This document shows positions 14,688 through 28,860 of a stretch of DNA of 64,000 bases, piece by piece. The notes under the pieces were generated by a model. The model ran no database searches, had not been told where the DNA came from, and saw only the letters and a list, made by a program, of their open reading frames with translations. Position numbers and translations under genes: made by a program. Numbering within the stretch: position 1 is the stretch's first letter; the number at the start of each line of letters is the position of its first letter. The stretch comes from Octopus sinensis. Its lineage: Eukaryota. The stretch spans positions 51,956,001 to 52,020,000 of the forward strand of contig NC_043001.1 of assembly GCF_006345805.1 (NCBI RefSeq), read 5' to 3'.

Positions 14688-14975
14688 AACAATATCGAAC
14701 ACACATACACAAGGTATGTGTTGTGTTAGTTCGTGGGTAGGCTACGCTTATAGGCATAAGAGAATATATTCTTATCAGTGCACCTGGTATTAAATCACCC
14801 GAAAGTCATAGACAAGTGAGATAACTCGTACCAGGTCCTAATCAGGAGAAATGAACATCGATTTGCAAATTGTTAACACCGCGTAGGATGCATTGACGAA
14901 AATATAGTCTCTTACCCTTACCCACGAACTAGCAAAACACATACCTTATGCTTGTGTGTTCGGTATTGTTTATAT
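14688..14975. repeat. Imperfect fold-back (arms about 55-90 bp)
   Basis: AACAATATCGAACACACA...GTTCGTGGGTAGG versus the reverse complement of CTTACCCACGAAC...TGTGTTCGGTATTGTT. Confidence 0.7.
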
Positions 14976-15036
14976 CGCTCGAGCTGCTCCTAATTCATAT
15001 TTAAATATATGTAAGTGTGTGTATAGTTGTTGATCC

Positions 15037-15091
<55 letters not shown>

Positions 15092-15137
15092 CAAGTATAG
15101 TATTATTGGACACTCAGGAAGGAAGGAAAGAAGGAGG

Positions 15138-15172
15138 GTTTAACGTTTCGAGCGGAGCTCTTCGTCAGAAAC
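15138..15172 (-). ncRNA. Minimal type I hammerhead (PLE-type)
   Basis: Minus strand: GTTT-CTGACGA-A-GAGC tcc GCTC-GAAAC-GTT-AAAC. The extra purine and loopless ACGT stem III are typical of Penelope mini-hammerheads. Confidence 0.75.
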
Positions 15173-15245
15173 TTAGGAAAAAGAAAGATCCAAAGAAGGG
15201 AAGACGGAGGAAAAAAATCGCCAACGGTACACACGCGGTCACATT

Positions 15246-15304
<59 letters not shown>

Positions 15305-18300
15305 CGTATGTATGTATATCTTTTTACATGTATTACGTATCATGAGACGTGCATACTTCTACACACCTTCTTGTAAACTTGAATCCATAGCTCTATAGGA
15401 CACCATTTTTTTTTGTTTAATTCACTGAAACTGTGGATTCATGTCAAGCCATAGGCACTTTTCTCTGACATGAAAATTAGGTTGTATATTACAGCATAAT
15501 AAACTTTGGCAAATCTATGCTAACAGAGTCGCACCGCAGCAAAATAATATTCTAGATTTATGCTTTTGATTTCTTTCCATTAGCTAAGATAGTTTGCAAT
15601 TCGGTGTAAAAATAAACATGATAAATAATAACTCTTATGCTAGAAGAGATGACAAATTTTTATCAAAGAATATAGTTTTCTATGATGTTCGTTCTTGGTT
15701 TTGCACCTTCAGTACTACCGAATTTACACTATTTGAAGAAGCAAATACTTCAGACAAAATACAAATTCAAAACAAATAATATATTTGACGGTTCTCTATA
15801 AACTTTCAGTAATCTTAGCTTTCTAAATAACATTTGAATTTCCACATCTACTAGCATCTAAAGCTATGTATATTTGTAGATGGAAGTGTATACGTATGTA
15901 ATGCAACCATTGTAGAATCAATCTGCAACGCAGTTTTCGATTAAAAAATAATTACGTATATTTCTTCAAATATATATTTTGATTTATCTTTTGTTTATTG
16001 ACTAAAGTTGGTATTGTAAATAAATGGAATTACGTCATTATTCGTGAGATATTTGGCTTTCTAACTGTTTCTTTCTTCAGAACAGAAATATCAACTTCCC
16101 AATCACATCATAAGTCGTGTACGGTTATTATAAAATTATTTCTTTAAAGTTTCCCTAAGATATTCAATGTAGTGAGCGTTTAACGATTAACCAGAAATTA
16201 TAATGAGATGAGGTAAAGAAAAAAAATTACCTAATGACTAATATTTTAATATTCTGATAAATACTGGAATTATTAGATTCATTCACCGAAGGTGTGTTGA
16301 GAGAAGAATTAGATCTATGTATGATATTGCGCTTAAGTTGGTGTATAAAATTAGCATATTTAAAACCAGAAAATTAGCATATTTTAAAAAAGAAAACCAT
16401 TGCTTTCATATAAAAAGAATGTTCCAACACAAAATGATAAAGTTTGTGTATATTCCAAGTGATGGAATCGGTTCTGGTTATATTCAGATCCAACTTCTAC
16501 CGGTCGATATCTGTTCTGAGAGCAAGAGAGGTATCGTAGCTGAGGAGTTCCAGTGGGTTGAAATTCAGAAAAGGAATTATTGCGAATATGATTGGCATGG
16601 TATCCGTGGCTGGTATACAGTATGAGTGATAGAATTGTGTTAGTTTGTGTATGGGTGAGATACGGCCCATTTATTCTAGGGATTAAGAACCGTTAAACAG
16701 TAACATGTAAGGAATGAAAAGTATGTGCCAATCAGTTTGTGGTGGTGGTCGTAATTTTTCATTTGAATTGCCTTGTCAGAAGAAAGCCAGTACGTATGAA
16801 GCTTTCTAAGTCCTTTTACAGTGGGAAGAAGAGAGAAAGATATTTTCAGAACAGAGACCTGACCCAAATGTAGCCGGGTGGTGGTGTTAAATTAGATAAT
16901 AGATTAAATCTATTGTTGTTGTGTAGCTCTAAGTCAAACTTGATTGAGAAAATTTATCGGGATCATATCAGTCTTGTCTCCCTCAACAACACAGAGGCAC
17001 ATTCTCTGCATGTATTAAGAAAATAATATCACCCTCACCACAGATATGAAAAACAGGCGGCTAAAATCCTAAAGATTGCTAAAAATAGTAGGCCTCACTA
17101 TCACTGAGAGTCTCTCTTGGCAAACACATCTGCAGCATAAAACATACTACATAACCTAGATTAATCTTTCTCTTTAGACCCAGAAATGTTTTAGCTTCAT
17201 TAACAAACTACAAGGAAGACCCGTAATAGAATAAAGCTTTCACATCTGGAGTGGTACTACTATTTCACAAAAGTATTCCAGACGGAAAGTCGGAAAGTCA
17301 CTGATTGGCATAAAGTCATTCATGATGAAGTAATTTACCAGGTTGCCGTGAACTCACTTACCAACATACTCCAATTTCTGTCCCACTGACATGCACTTTC
17401 TCCTCTCTCAGCCTTTTCTGCTGCCAATATAGTGGCCTCTGTTCCTGGGATCTGGCTGACCCCGTATTACTTCCACTCAGGAGCTGGTGGCTCACTTTAT
17501 CTACTACCTTACATCACCCATTTGATATAAGGTAGAAGGTGTGTCCAGATCTCGAGCTAATCAATAGGTCTCATTCTTCCTCATCAGAGCGTCAGTTTTT
17601 CACGTGTTTTCTTGCAGCCTTCAAATTGCAATTGTTGGAGAACGTTAGCAGCAACGACCCCATTGGTCTTGAATGAAATGCGAAGGCATCGCCAATAAAA
17701 ACAATAAAAAGTATCCTTTTGTAAGCCAGTGTGCGTTTAGGATTATATCAATCATCACGTCTTTCCAATTTTAAGACCGTAATTTAAGGGACTTTTGGTT
17801 GATATGTGTTGCAAGTCGTGGAATCCTATAGATTCCTGTTATGGCAAAGATGAGCTGTATGAATAATGATAATTTAACAGTCAGTTCGACGTCAATTTTG
17901 AAGATATGGTCTGAAAGGCGTGCATGTGTAGTCGCATGCATCGTAATGATCAGTGTTCTCGCCTTTGCGTATGTGTAATGGGTGTGTTAGCAAATCTTAA
18001 GAATTATATATGTCAGATAGAACGAGAATCGAAGTATGAACAGGGCTGCTGACGTCAGTTGGATGATATTAGTTGCAAATTTTATACGTTGCAAAAGTGA
18101 ACTATAGATTCTCCGTCAGGGTCTTTATTCAGTAGTATGTCTCAAGTGGTGAAAGCATTAAATATCTAAACGATTTGATGAGTGAGTTATTTGGGAGGTG
18201 AGGAACGACACCATATTAGGCTCAGAGTTCCGTCTGCTTCTAACTAACGAGACACATGTCGAAACATGAATGTCGTGCGCCTGTAAACACTCTGGTGTCG

Positions 18301-18853
18301 TAAAAGGGAGGAGATATTCTCCTCTGACGTACACAACAGCGACCAATATATTTTGTGCTAGAACCTGCCTAGACGTGTTAAAAATAAATATACGAAAAAT
18401 TGCTGCAGATTTCGCTGTTAAATAAAAAGTTATTTAACTATTTGGGGATAACTCCTTGAATATTTTCTAATCCCACTCATAACCTGCCTCCCTTGTTGAT
18501 TATGCTAGAACAGTTATTTAACAATTTTTCTTTGTTTTTAATCCACTGTATGCAAATTAACCAGTCTGAAAACAGTGTCTGTTTACTCAGTATAGGTACT
18601 GAGACCTATTGAGACCTATTGCATGGTATTGCACAGTATTCCTGGATTTCTGGGAACCTGATAATAGTTTGTTATTCTACTACATAGGTTCTTCGCCTAA
18701 TTTAAACTTACAAAAAAGAGACGACAGAGGACAATATCTATGCATTTGTGGAAGATATTGTTAAGGAGAAGCCTGGAAGCGCCTAGAAATCATTTTAGAG
18801 AAACGTTAGCGCACTGTAAACTGTTATAAGGAGAAATACACAATGGTCAGGAA

Positions 18854-19532
18854 CAGTGGCGGCTCGTAGAAAGAATTAGTAGAGGTGCTGCTTCAGAAAA
18901 TTTTTAGCTGTTGTTTTAATATTGTGTAAAAGGAAACAAACATATAAAAAGAAAATTTATACATAAACTTGATCGGTTTGCATTTTAGCCACTGTTGGGT
19001 AGTATGTTTAATTTGTTCACTAAACACCACCGAGAATTACCCCTTGTTTTTCAAAAATACCCCCTAAATCACAAAATAAGGTGGGGAATTGGGCCCTATT
19101 TTTGCAAATCCTGTCAGCAACACTAAAGCTGGAAGCAGGATAATAATCTAATTCTACACTTTATCACATTCAAGAATATAAACACGTTTTTAAGCACAAC
19201 ACACACGGAATCAAAAAGAAACACTACTTTTCACTCGGCATTGTCGTTCACGCAGTGCTCTCTTCCTTTGTGTGAAGCTTCCTATCACGGATATGTGAGC
19301 ATGCGTACAACAGCCAAACACCGTGTCGCTGGAACTGTAAAGCGCACAGTTCTATACAAGGATTTTTGTATTTTTTTCATAAACTAGGGTTGGCTACTGA
19401 CATTAAAATTGTGGATTATATAACGTACAAGTATAATGAAAAAAATTAAGAAAAAAGGTCTCATTATATTGAATGTTATCGATAATATCGAGTGAAAATA
19501 GGTTCGCAGTTCCTATACACGAGCCGCCACTG
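18854..19532. mobile_element. hAT-superfamily MITE
   Basis: 14-bp TIR CAGTGGCGGCTCGT; perfect 8-bp TSD GTCAGGAA at 18846-18853 and 19533-19540. Confidence 0.92.
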
Positions 19533-20109
19533 GTCAGGAATGGCTGGAGATGAATAGTGTGAACAATGGAAAAAAGTATACGGCTATGGCGTGAATTTTC
19601 CTTAATTTATGGAGACCAACAGTGGGAAACAAATTGAAGATGCACGAACGGTTGTTAATAAACAACTCAATAAGCCCTACGCTGACATAACTTCTACAAG
19701 GTTGCTTTAACTGAAAGGTGATTCTAAATAATTGTCCATACATGAATGAACGTGTGGATAAGATTATTATTACTCATACCTAAACATTCTAACATCGAAT
19801 TCATTCTGGTTCTATGCACACTTCCCGGAATAAGGTGATATCTGGTGATGTTCAGAGAGAAAACAGAAGAAACTAATGCAAAAAAAAAAAAAAAATTGGA
19901 GAACTGGAGATTAAAAATTTTGAAATAACTTCAATTATCTATGCCAGCAATACTATTGTGTTAGCAGCGATTCTCACGGTTGCTTGGAGTCCCGTGATGA
20001 GATTTTGTGCTGAAAGACCGAAACGTCCTTGTATATGAGTATATATATATATGTATATATATACATACATACATATATATATATATGTGGAAAGGAACAC
20101 ACGAGTTGA

Positions 20110-20552
20110 TATATATGAAAAAACAAGTCAAAAATAGAAAATGCTAAGATAATTTTATAGTGAATCTTTCAGTACCGGTTTCGGTCATTTTGAGACCTTT
20201 TCAACTGTAACGATTAAATAATTAAATTTAGAAAAATTAGAAGAAAAGTTTTTTTTTTTAAATATTTCTATAGTAGTGTTCAGATATAAGTAGCATTCTG
20301 CCTTTCTCTGACTCCCTTGTTTGCACTTGTGTTGTCGAGGTCGTTTTTGGTCAGAGAAAGGCAGAATGCTACTTATATCTGAACACTACTATAGAAATAT
20401 TTAAAAAAAAAAACTTTTCTGCTAATTTTTCTAAATTTAATTATTTAATCGTTACAGTTGAAAAGGTCTCAAAATGACCGAAACCGGTACTGAAAGATTG
20501 ACTATAAAATTATCTTAGCATTTTCTATTTTTGACTTGTTTTTTCATATATA
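20110..20552. mobile_element. Fold-back with near-perfect arms of about 200 bp and a hammerhead in each arm
   Basis: 20110-20312 versus 20350-20552 in reverse complement; 37-bp spacer. Confidence 0.9.
20455..20492 (+). ncRNA. Minimal hammerhead with U3-A8 variant core (mirror copy 20170-20207, minus strand)
   Basis: CAG-TTGAAAA-GGTC tcaaaat GACC-GAAAC-CG-GTA-CTG; stem III palindrome ACCGGT; GUA triplet. Confidence 0.7.
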
Positions 20553-20584
20553 TATATATATATAATCAATAATAATAAAAGGTG

Positions 20585-20750
20585 GATTCGTTATTTTTTC
20601 TCTTTACCTGCGTGAGTTGGGTGTATTGCTATCTGGGAGATATCTTATGGTAGTGGAATAGTATTTAACTGCTATTTCTAAATTTCGGAATGTGGTGAAG
20701 CAATTTTGCTGAACCCTAATTATAATTATGCTTATAACTCTAGAATTATA
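20585..20750 (+). repeat. Fragment homologous to the right part of the 49.5-50.0 kb fold-back
   Basis: Shared TTCGTTATTTTT..CTGCGTG, CTGCTATT(T/C)CTAAA.TTCGG.ATGTGGT.AAGCAA..TTTGCTGAACCCTAATTATA. Confidence 0.7.
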
Positions 20751-20754
20751 TATA

Positions 20755-21400
<646 letters not shown>

Positions 21401-21749
21401 GTCTGTGTTTGTACGTATATTTGTACACACACACATTCATAAGATTCAGTTACACAGTAAAAATACAATAGCTAAACAAGGGGACAACCGATTACCTATT
21501 TCCATACATGCATTCATATACATACATACATACATACATACATGCATACATACATACATATATACATACATACATACACGCCCCTCCACACACACACACA
21601 TATATTTGTATATATAGATAAATTAAGAAATGGAGTCAAACGCAGGTGTTATTCAAATCATTTGTTAGACTCCATTACTTAATTTATCCATGTTATGCAA
21701 GAACATTTCACTTAACCCTGGAATTCCTACCTTTATAAGTAGGCGTTGG

Positions 21750-21925
21750 CACTAAGGCGGCGATCTGGCAGAAACGTTAGAATGCCGGGTGTAGTTCAAA
21801 TTCCACCGAGGTCGATTTTGCCTTTCATTCTTTCGGGGTCAATAAATTAAGTACCAGTTGCTTACTGGGGTCGATCTAATCTACTGTACCCCTCCTCAGC
21901 ATTTCGGGCCTTGTGCCTAGAGTAG
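21750..21925 (+). mobile_element. SINE family A
   Basis: AAGGCGGCGATCTGGCAGAAACGTTAG...GCCTTTCATTCTTTCGGGGTC...GGCCTTGTGCCTAGAGTAGAAAAG. Confidence 0.85.
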
Positions 21926-22029
21926 AAAAGAATATCCTTGGCACTTATGTGAAATTTTGCTACCCGGGTAACTATCTATTTATTTTTTCCTTGTTATTTG
22001 TACACATTGAAAAAATATACATCTGTCTG

Positions 22030-22110
<81 letters not shown>

Positions 22111-22624
22111 GTGTGTGTGTGTGTGTATGCATGTAGGCATGTATTATATATGTATAGATGTGTGTGTGTGTGTGTATGTGTGTATGTATGTATGAATGTA
22201 TGTATGTATGTGTGCGTATGTATGCATGCTTGCATATATGTATGTTTGTATATATCACAATACTTTGCTGCGTCGGTGCCGCGGCACGCTTGCTGTGGTA
22301 TGGTCGTCTTACATTCTAGTTCGCAATGATGGAAAACAAGGTGGTGCCAATCTGGATTTGAACGCGAGATTACGGTACATAACCGGAATATATGTTGCCC
22401 ATTTCTTGTTTCAGAGTATTGAAATTTATAGTTAATCAAGATGGAGTGGGCATGACTGAAAAGATTTTAATTATAGGACTACTTAATCAAAGATGGCATG
22501 GGGTTAAACAAAGATTAATAAAAGAAAAAAAAAAAAAGGATTCCATCCACCTATCTGTCTGATTGCTTGTCAGCTTTTGTCTCGATCTGTCCATCAACTT
22601 TATAAATTAATCAATCAATCAATC

Positions 22625-22639
22625 AATCAATCTATCTAT

Positions 22640-22728
<89 letters not shown>

Positions 22729-22729
22729 A

Positions 22730-22808
<79 letters not shown>
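22625..22808. repeat. (TATC)n array abutting the Tx1 5' end
   Basis: Read directly. Confidence 0.97.
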
Positions 22809-22809
<1 letters not shown>

Positions 22810-23031
22810 CTCGACATGGACGGACGCTAGTCAAATCGGCTCCACGTAAGTTGGCCACTTTTATATGTTCAAAACTCCTTGTTGTCAAATATTTTGTTTT
22901 AATCGTTGTGCAAGTTCATTCACTAAAACACCTGAGAATTATTCACGTAGAATTCCGCCCCTGTATGGGCGAAATTACCAAAAACTTTCAAAACTTTCGT
23001 GGGTTCCTTTTAGCCATTTTTCATTTTGAAA

Positions 23032-23148
23032 ATGGCAACTAGAAACCACGTGGCTAGCCCGCCAGTCATGCGGAACGGTAGCGAAACACTATTGCTACCA
23101 CTAGCTGCTAAACCTCGCAGCTTGAACACCGCTGTCACTACCACCACC

Positions 23149-23180
<32 letters not shown>

Positions 23181-24993
23181 AACTAACGTCGCAAGACCAT
23201 TCACCGCCGCCGCGACCAAAGACATTAACTTAGATTTCCCCCCACTCCCTACACCACATGTCGATGATAAAAGGACGGAGAAAGGGATTTCAAAACGAAT
23301 ACAGACGAAAACATGAATGCCAGCACCACCACCATCACCACCACCACCACCAACAACAACAACAACGAAATCAGCACAAAGCCGCCTACCAAAGACAACA
23401 CCGCCAACACCAACACCACTACCATGACTTCAACTGCTATAACTAACCCTTCTGCTGCTAACACTGCCAAAATTAAAACGAATTTCGCGGATGCGACAAA
23501 ACAAAAACGAACAATCGTAAAATTCACCACACAGGAAATAAACCTCACAAAAGCACTCTTCACCAAAGAAGGAGACAAATTGCATCTTCACATTCTACAA
23601 CACATCGTGGAAAACACACAAAAAAACCAATAATCTACAAAGTAATAAACAAGAAAACAAGACGACGAGAAAATGCACCGCAGGAAAAAATTGAAAAATG
23701 CCTTCGTCCTGCATGGGACTCTAAAGAGTATATCAGCTGGGGAAATAAATTTGGTACAGTCCAAGTACGTTTCCTCAACGAAAATTTAGCAAAACGATTC
23801 TCCACATTGGAGCTGCATTCAGACGACTTGGTAATGATACCAATCTATTTAAACCAGAGAGTGACGAAAGTCCAAATAAAAAATGTACCCACTGAAGTCG
23901 AAATACAATGGTTAGTCTCTGCCATCTGCTTTGAAATGGCAGAGACAATGGCAGAGACAAACATCCTTGAAATCGCTGTTCTAGGACAGAAAGATTATGT
24001 GGGAAAATCAATCCAATTCCTTCTTCAAGTGGATGAAACAACAAGAGAAAAAATACCCACCACTATAGAACTGCCAGGAGGCTACAAACTTCATGTAGTG
24101 GTAGAGGGCAGGCGACCACGTTGCTATTTGTCTGGAAGCAAAACACACTTGAAAAAGACGTGCCCAACCACTCCACACCAAGAGCAACAACAACAACCAC
24201 TACCACAACCAAAACACTCCGGAAAAAAAGCTCTACTACCACACCACCATCAACACAGAAGACAACAAGCGAAGCACACCAAGCTAATCCGTCAAAAACC
24301 AAAAATTACTCAACATCTGAGAAAATACCAAGACCACCAACAACAGCAAGAACCAAAGAAACAGAAAAACAAAGAAAATACACAAAAACTGATTCCCCAT
24401 CCCTGATAGCGCACTCACCACACACAAACACTCAACAACCAACAGCAACGAAAACAACAGCACAACCACTTACACAGACATACATAGAAGCCTAGAACAT
24501 ACCCCTACCCCCTACTGATTCCGCAGAAAATTCGTCGGAAGACGAAACCAGTGAGGAATGGCAAATAGCTAGAAAAAGAAGGAAAATAAAGAGCAGAAAC
24601 ACAACCAATCCAAACGCAAACACAAACAAAGCAGGGGGAAATACATCTCCCGAAGACATTTCAAAACCCAACACAAACAACAGCCACACCAACACCACAA
24701 AAATATATACAGCAAACATGCTCACAGCTATAGACACCAAAAACACAAATTTGATGGAATACATCAAATCAAAAACAAACATAACAGATGACATAAAAAC
24801 AAACAATCACCCATACACAACACCACCAGACAACATCAAAATATTACACATCTCCAAAAGTCTTCACCACACACTCAAAGGCATTTTCCCCAGTGCGGTT
24901 GGTAAATGCCAAAAATATCTCACAAAGAAACTGTACTGGGTTCTCCTCGAGGACAAACCAAAGGAGGAGAAAGCAAAAACTTTCGAGCAGTAA
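23032..24993 (+). pseudogene. Tx1 ORF1 (RNA-binding; degenerate CCHC knuckle)
   Basis: RRPRCYLSGSKTHLKKTCP (CX2[C>S]X4HX4C); T/N/Q-rich low-complexity segments; split over several frames. Confidence 0.7.
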
Positions 24994-25037
24994 GTAACCC
25001 TCTGTTCCTTTCACTTGTATTCTAATTCATTAGGATT

Positions 25038-28000
25038 ATGATCAAGATTGGTAGTGTAAATGCGCGTGGCTTGGGGTCCCCTTGGAAACAAGGGTACCTC
25101 TTAAATGACATAAAGTCACATAAGTTAGAAATCATAGCCATAAGTGAGACCAGATTCCACAATCCGCGGGCCCTAAAGACCATGTTTGGCGGACAGTTCA
25201 ACATTTATTCTTCCCCCTGTCTGCCAAGAATGGGCGGTAGTGGCACAGCGGTACTTTTTCGCAAGAGTCTGGATCTCAAAGTAAAGACAATATTCGTAGA
25301 CCCGGAGGTTAGACTGGTCGTCCTGGATGTCGACGGCAGCAATGGGTGCGCTTTTCGACTCGTATCAGTCTACGCACTGCCCTTAACAGGTTGTGCGGAT
25401 TTCTTTCAGCGTCTAGAAGTATTCTTGGGAACGTCTCGTCCTTTACTCTTAGTGGGAGATTGGAATGCTACCTTGGACACGCATGTAGACTACGTGGGTA
25501 GAGATAGGAATAGACGGGGATGCAAATGCCTCAGAGACTTGCTCAGACGCTTTCAACTGTCTGACAGGTTCCGACTAGACCACACGAATGCGCCAACGTG
25601 GACATGGAGCAACCGCATCGGGTCGTCGAGATCGTATCTAGATAGGATACTGTGTAGGACAGTAGATAGAGATAGCATAGGATGTCCACAATTCCACATA
25701 GTCAGCTACACGGATTACAAACTTGTGACATGTACGCTAGACTTAGGTAAGACACTTAGGCAGCGTCCCGTCTTTCCCATCGAGACAGGTTTTCAGAGAC
25801 CGGATTAGCACACTAGTAAAGAGGGCTTTGACGGGAGCCATCATCAACAACAAATGGTGGTTTGCCCTCAAGCGAGCAGTAAAAGCAGAAGCGATTAGGT
25901 ACAGCAAAGCACTAGCCATAGATATAAATAGAGTAGAGGGTGAGCTAGTTAAGAAACTAGAAGAGGCAATTAGAAGCGGCATCGCATCCGACGTTTTGGC
26001 GGCGAGGTTGGCTCTCGACCAACACTTCAACGCCAAACACGAAGGGTGTGCTGTCAGAGCTAGGATGCGTGCTCTAAGGAACGAAGGTGTTGGAGCCGCG
26101 AGAGAGGCCCGGGTGGCAGAGGCGCAACAGGGCAACAAAGCCACCATTCGGTCTCTGGTAGATGAACAGGGGAGCGAATTGATCGAGCCAAGTAAAATGT
26201 GTGAGGCCTTTCAACAGCATTTTGCCCGACTGTTCGGGACGAGTGGCGGGCAAGAACGTAGGGTGGACTTCAGTGCCTACCTACACAGCCTACCACGACT
26301 CTCGACAAGAGAGGCAGGGTGCTGCGAAGGTGCCATCACGGCGGCGGAAGTGCAGGACGCGATGGCAGAATGCTCGAGGGACAAATCACCGGGTTTGGAT
26401 GGTCTACTCTACGAGCTTTACAATTGTATGCCAGACTTGTTTGGAGATGTCTTGGCAGCGGTGTACTGCAACTGGCAGCAAAACGGGAGCATTCCTGGTT
26501 TTGTAACACTGCTGAGGAAAGATCTAAACAAGGGAAATGTAATAGATAACTTTAGGCCCATCACTCTGCTTAATGCAGACTTGAAAATTTTGGCCAAAGT
26601 ACTAGCCAAGAGGTTGGCGCTCATCATCGAGAAACTGGTCGACAAGGCGCAAACATGTGCCGTGCCGGGCCGGACCATCCATGACAACCTCCACCTGATG
26701 CGCTACATCATAGACAGGGTAGTTAACGAACCTGGCATGGGTGGGGCGCTGATCAATTTGGATCAATCGAAAGCTTTCGATAGGGTAGACCATCGATACT
26801 TGGAGGCGGTCCTGAGAGCGGCTGGCTTCGGTCCCGTCTTCCGCGGCTGGATAGCCGCTTTGTACAGAGGCATCCGTTCGGTAATTCGCGTGAATGGACA
26901 TCTATCGAGATCCTTCGACATTACACGTTCGGTCCGTCGGTCTCATCGCTTCTATACGTATTGACTCTCGAGCCATTATTGCGGAAGCTGGCAACTTTGA
27001 GGGGCATCCCGCGAGAACTGGGATGCGGGACGAGCGTGTCTGCATACGCGGACGACGTCACCGTCATAGTGTCTAGCCACGAGCACATCGAGCAGGTCGG
27101 CGAGACACTGAAAAACTACGAAGCGGTGACAAGAGCGAAAATCAACCGGGAAAAGTCAGTGGGCTTGCGACTAGGCACCTGGAGAAGCAAGCCCATGCTG
27201 TCCACCAGCGCCTCCGTCGTGGGACGATGGGCCGACGGACCGGTCGAGTTGCTCGGGGTCTGGTTCGGTCCGCACCTCCAAGTGGAGAAGAACTGGAACG
27301 AGATAACGAGTAGGGTGGTCACTCTCGCCCGGCAATGGGCCGAGAGGAAACTGTCCCTAAAAGGTCGGGCGGAGGTGGCGAACACGTACATCGCGTCCAT
27401 TATCTACTACCGCCTGACCGTCGTACCTTGTCCCGACCCTACCATCACCAAACTAGAACGCATTCTCTTTCGCTTCTTGTGGAAATGATGCGTCCCGATG
27501 GTTAGGCGATCCATTTGCTGTCAACACCCGTTAAAAGGAGGACTGGGCATGCCGTGGTTGATGATGCGCAGACACGACACGCGCTGAGACTGCGACATAT
27601 CATGCTCTTCGTAGACGACGGTGAACAGGTGTGGTCACCGTTTGTGAGGCACGCTTTCCCGCAGCTCGTCTCCATGACCGAACTGCAGTCGTGGATCAAA
27701 AAGAGGCCGAGGAAGGGCGAATGGCACCGCGAGTGTCGCGTTGCTCTCAAGCAACTCTGCCGTCCTGGGTCGACCTTGAGTGACTCCATCACAACCAAAG
27801 CATTCTATAGGGGATTAGTGGAGGGGAGGTACGACGATGAGCTCGAGGCGAACCTGGACGTCGACGAGGAATACCTGACCCGCCTGTTCAGGACGACTTT
27901 CGGGCCAGGGCCCATGGACAACTTCCAGAGATCCCTGGCCTGGCAGTGCTACCGAGAAGCGCTACCCGTTCGGGATAAGCTCTACAGACACGGCTCGAGA

Positions 28001-28435
28001 AACACGGGGCCGACCTGCCCGAGATGCGGTCAGAGCGACGAAACCGTTCTGCACGCACTCGTGCAGTGTCCAACAATTTCCGACCTGTGGGCTTATGTCG
28101 AACAACTGCTGTCACGTGTGGGACGAGTCGGTTTATCAGCTGAGTCTATCGTCAATATTGTCACGCCTCCTTCTTTCAAACGGGAAGGAAGAGCTATTTT
28201 AATCATCCTTGTGGCTATGGCGAAGGAATGTATCTGGTGGACGCGTCTGAAAGGATTGGAGACAAACACTTTCCTCTCTGGTCAATCTCTCATCAACTTC
28301 TTCAAGTACCACTTGAAAAGGAAAGTGAGAGTAGAGAAGCAAGTTTTTACTAGCGAATGTTTTAAAAAAAGATGTGTGAATGTAGCAAGAATGGCACGTA
28401 TGAATGACGAAGCCACCTTGAGCATAATCCTATGA
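25038..28435 (+). pseudogene. Tx1 ORF2: apurinic-like endonuclease, reverse transcriptase and C-terminal zinc finger
   Basis: SVNARGL, ISETR, LVGDWN, SRSYLDRI, SDH-like SYTDYK; KSPGLDGL, FRPITLLNADLKILAK, DQSKAFDRV, AYADD; CPRCGQSDETVLHALVQCP. Frameshifts near 25790 and 26940 (QG motif deleted) and a stop at about 27486. Confidence 0.95.
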
Positions 28436-28860
28436 ACCCAGAATTGAAAACAGATGGTTACCTACTTGCAAACAAATGTGGTAACATATAACAATATTGA
28501 CCGAGCTTACCGTGGTTTTTTTCGTAGGCTTTTCTTCCCACGGATAAACCTTATCTGCTTCCCCCTTTACACCGTACACCATGACACTGTGATACACGAT
28601 CCCTGTTGATCGTTTTTTTCCTCTCCCCCTTTTTTTCTTCCTTTTCTTCCTTTTTTATTTTTCTTTTCCTTTTTTTTTTCCTTTTTCCTTTTTTTTTTCC
28701 CCTTTTACGATCCCTTTTGTTCGAAAACCTACGCCTCTTCTCTTTGTTTCTTTTGTTTTTTGTTTTTTTTTGTCTTTTTTCATCCCACAAAAGAAAAGCT
28801 CTACCTTGTAATTTGTCCCATCCGTGTGCAGCCCTGTGTGGCCAATAAAGAAACTTATCT

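Larger units (their letters stand above)
22809..28860 (+). mobile_element. Near-full-length Tx1-clade (L1-group) LINE, about 6.05 kb, disabled
   Basis: 5'UTR, ORF1, ORF2 (APE-RT-zinc finger), polypyrimidine 3'UTR ending AATAAAGAAACTTATCT. Confidence 0.9.

Noticed and set aside
19985-20030. GTGATGA...GAAACGTC hammerhead-like string
   Set aside because: Position 3 is wrong, and stems I and II do not pair.
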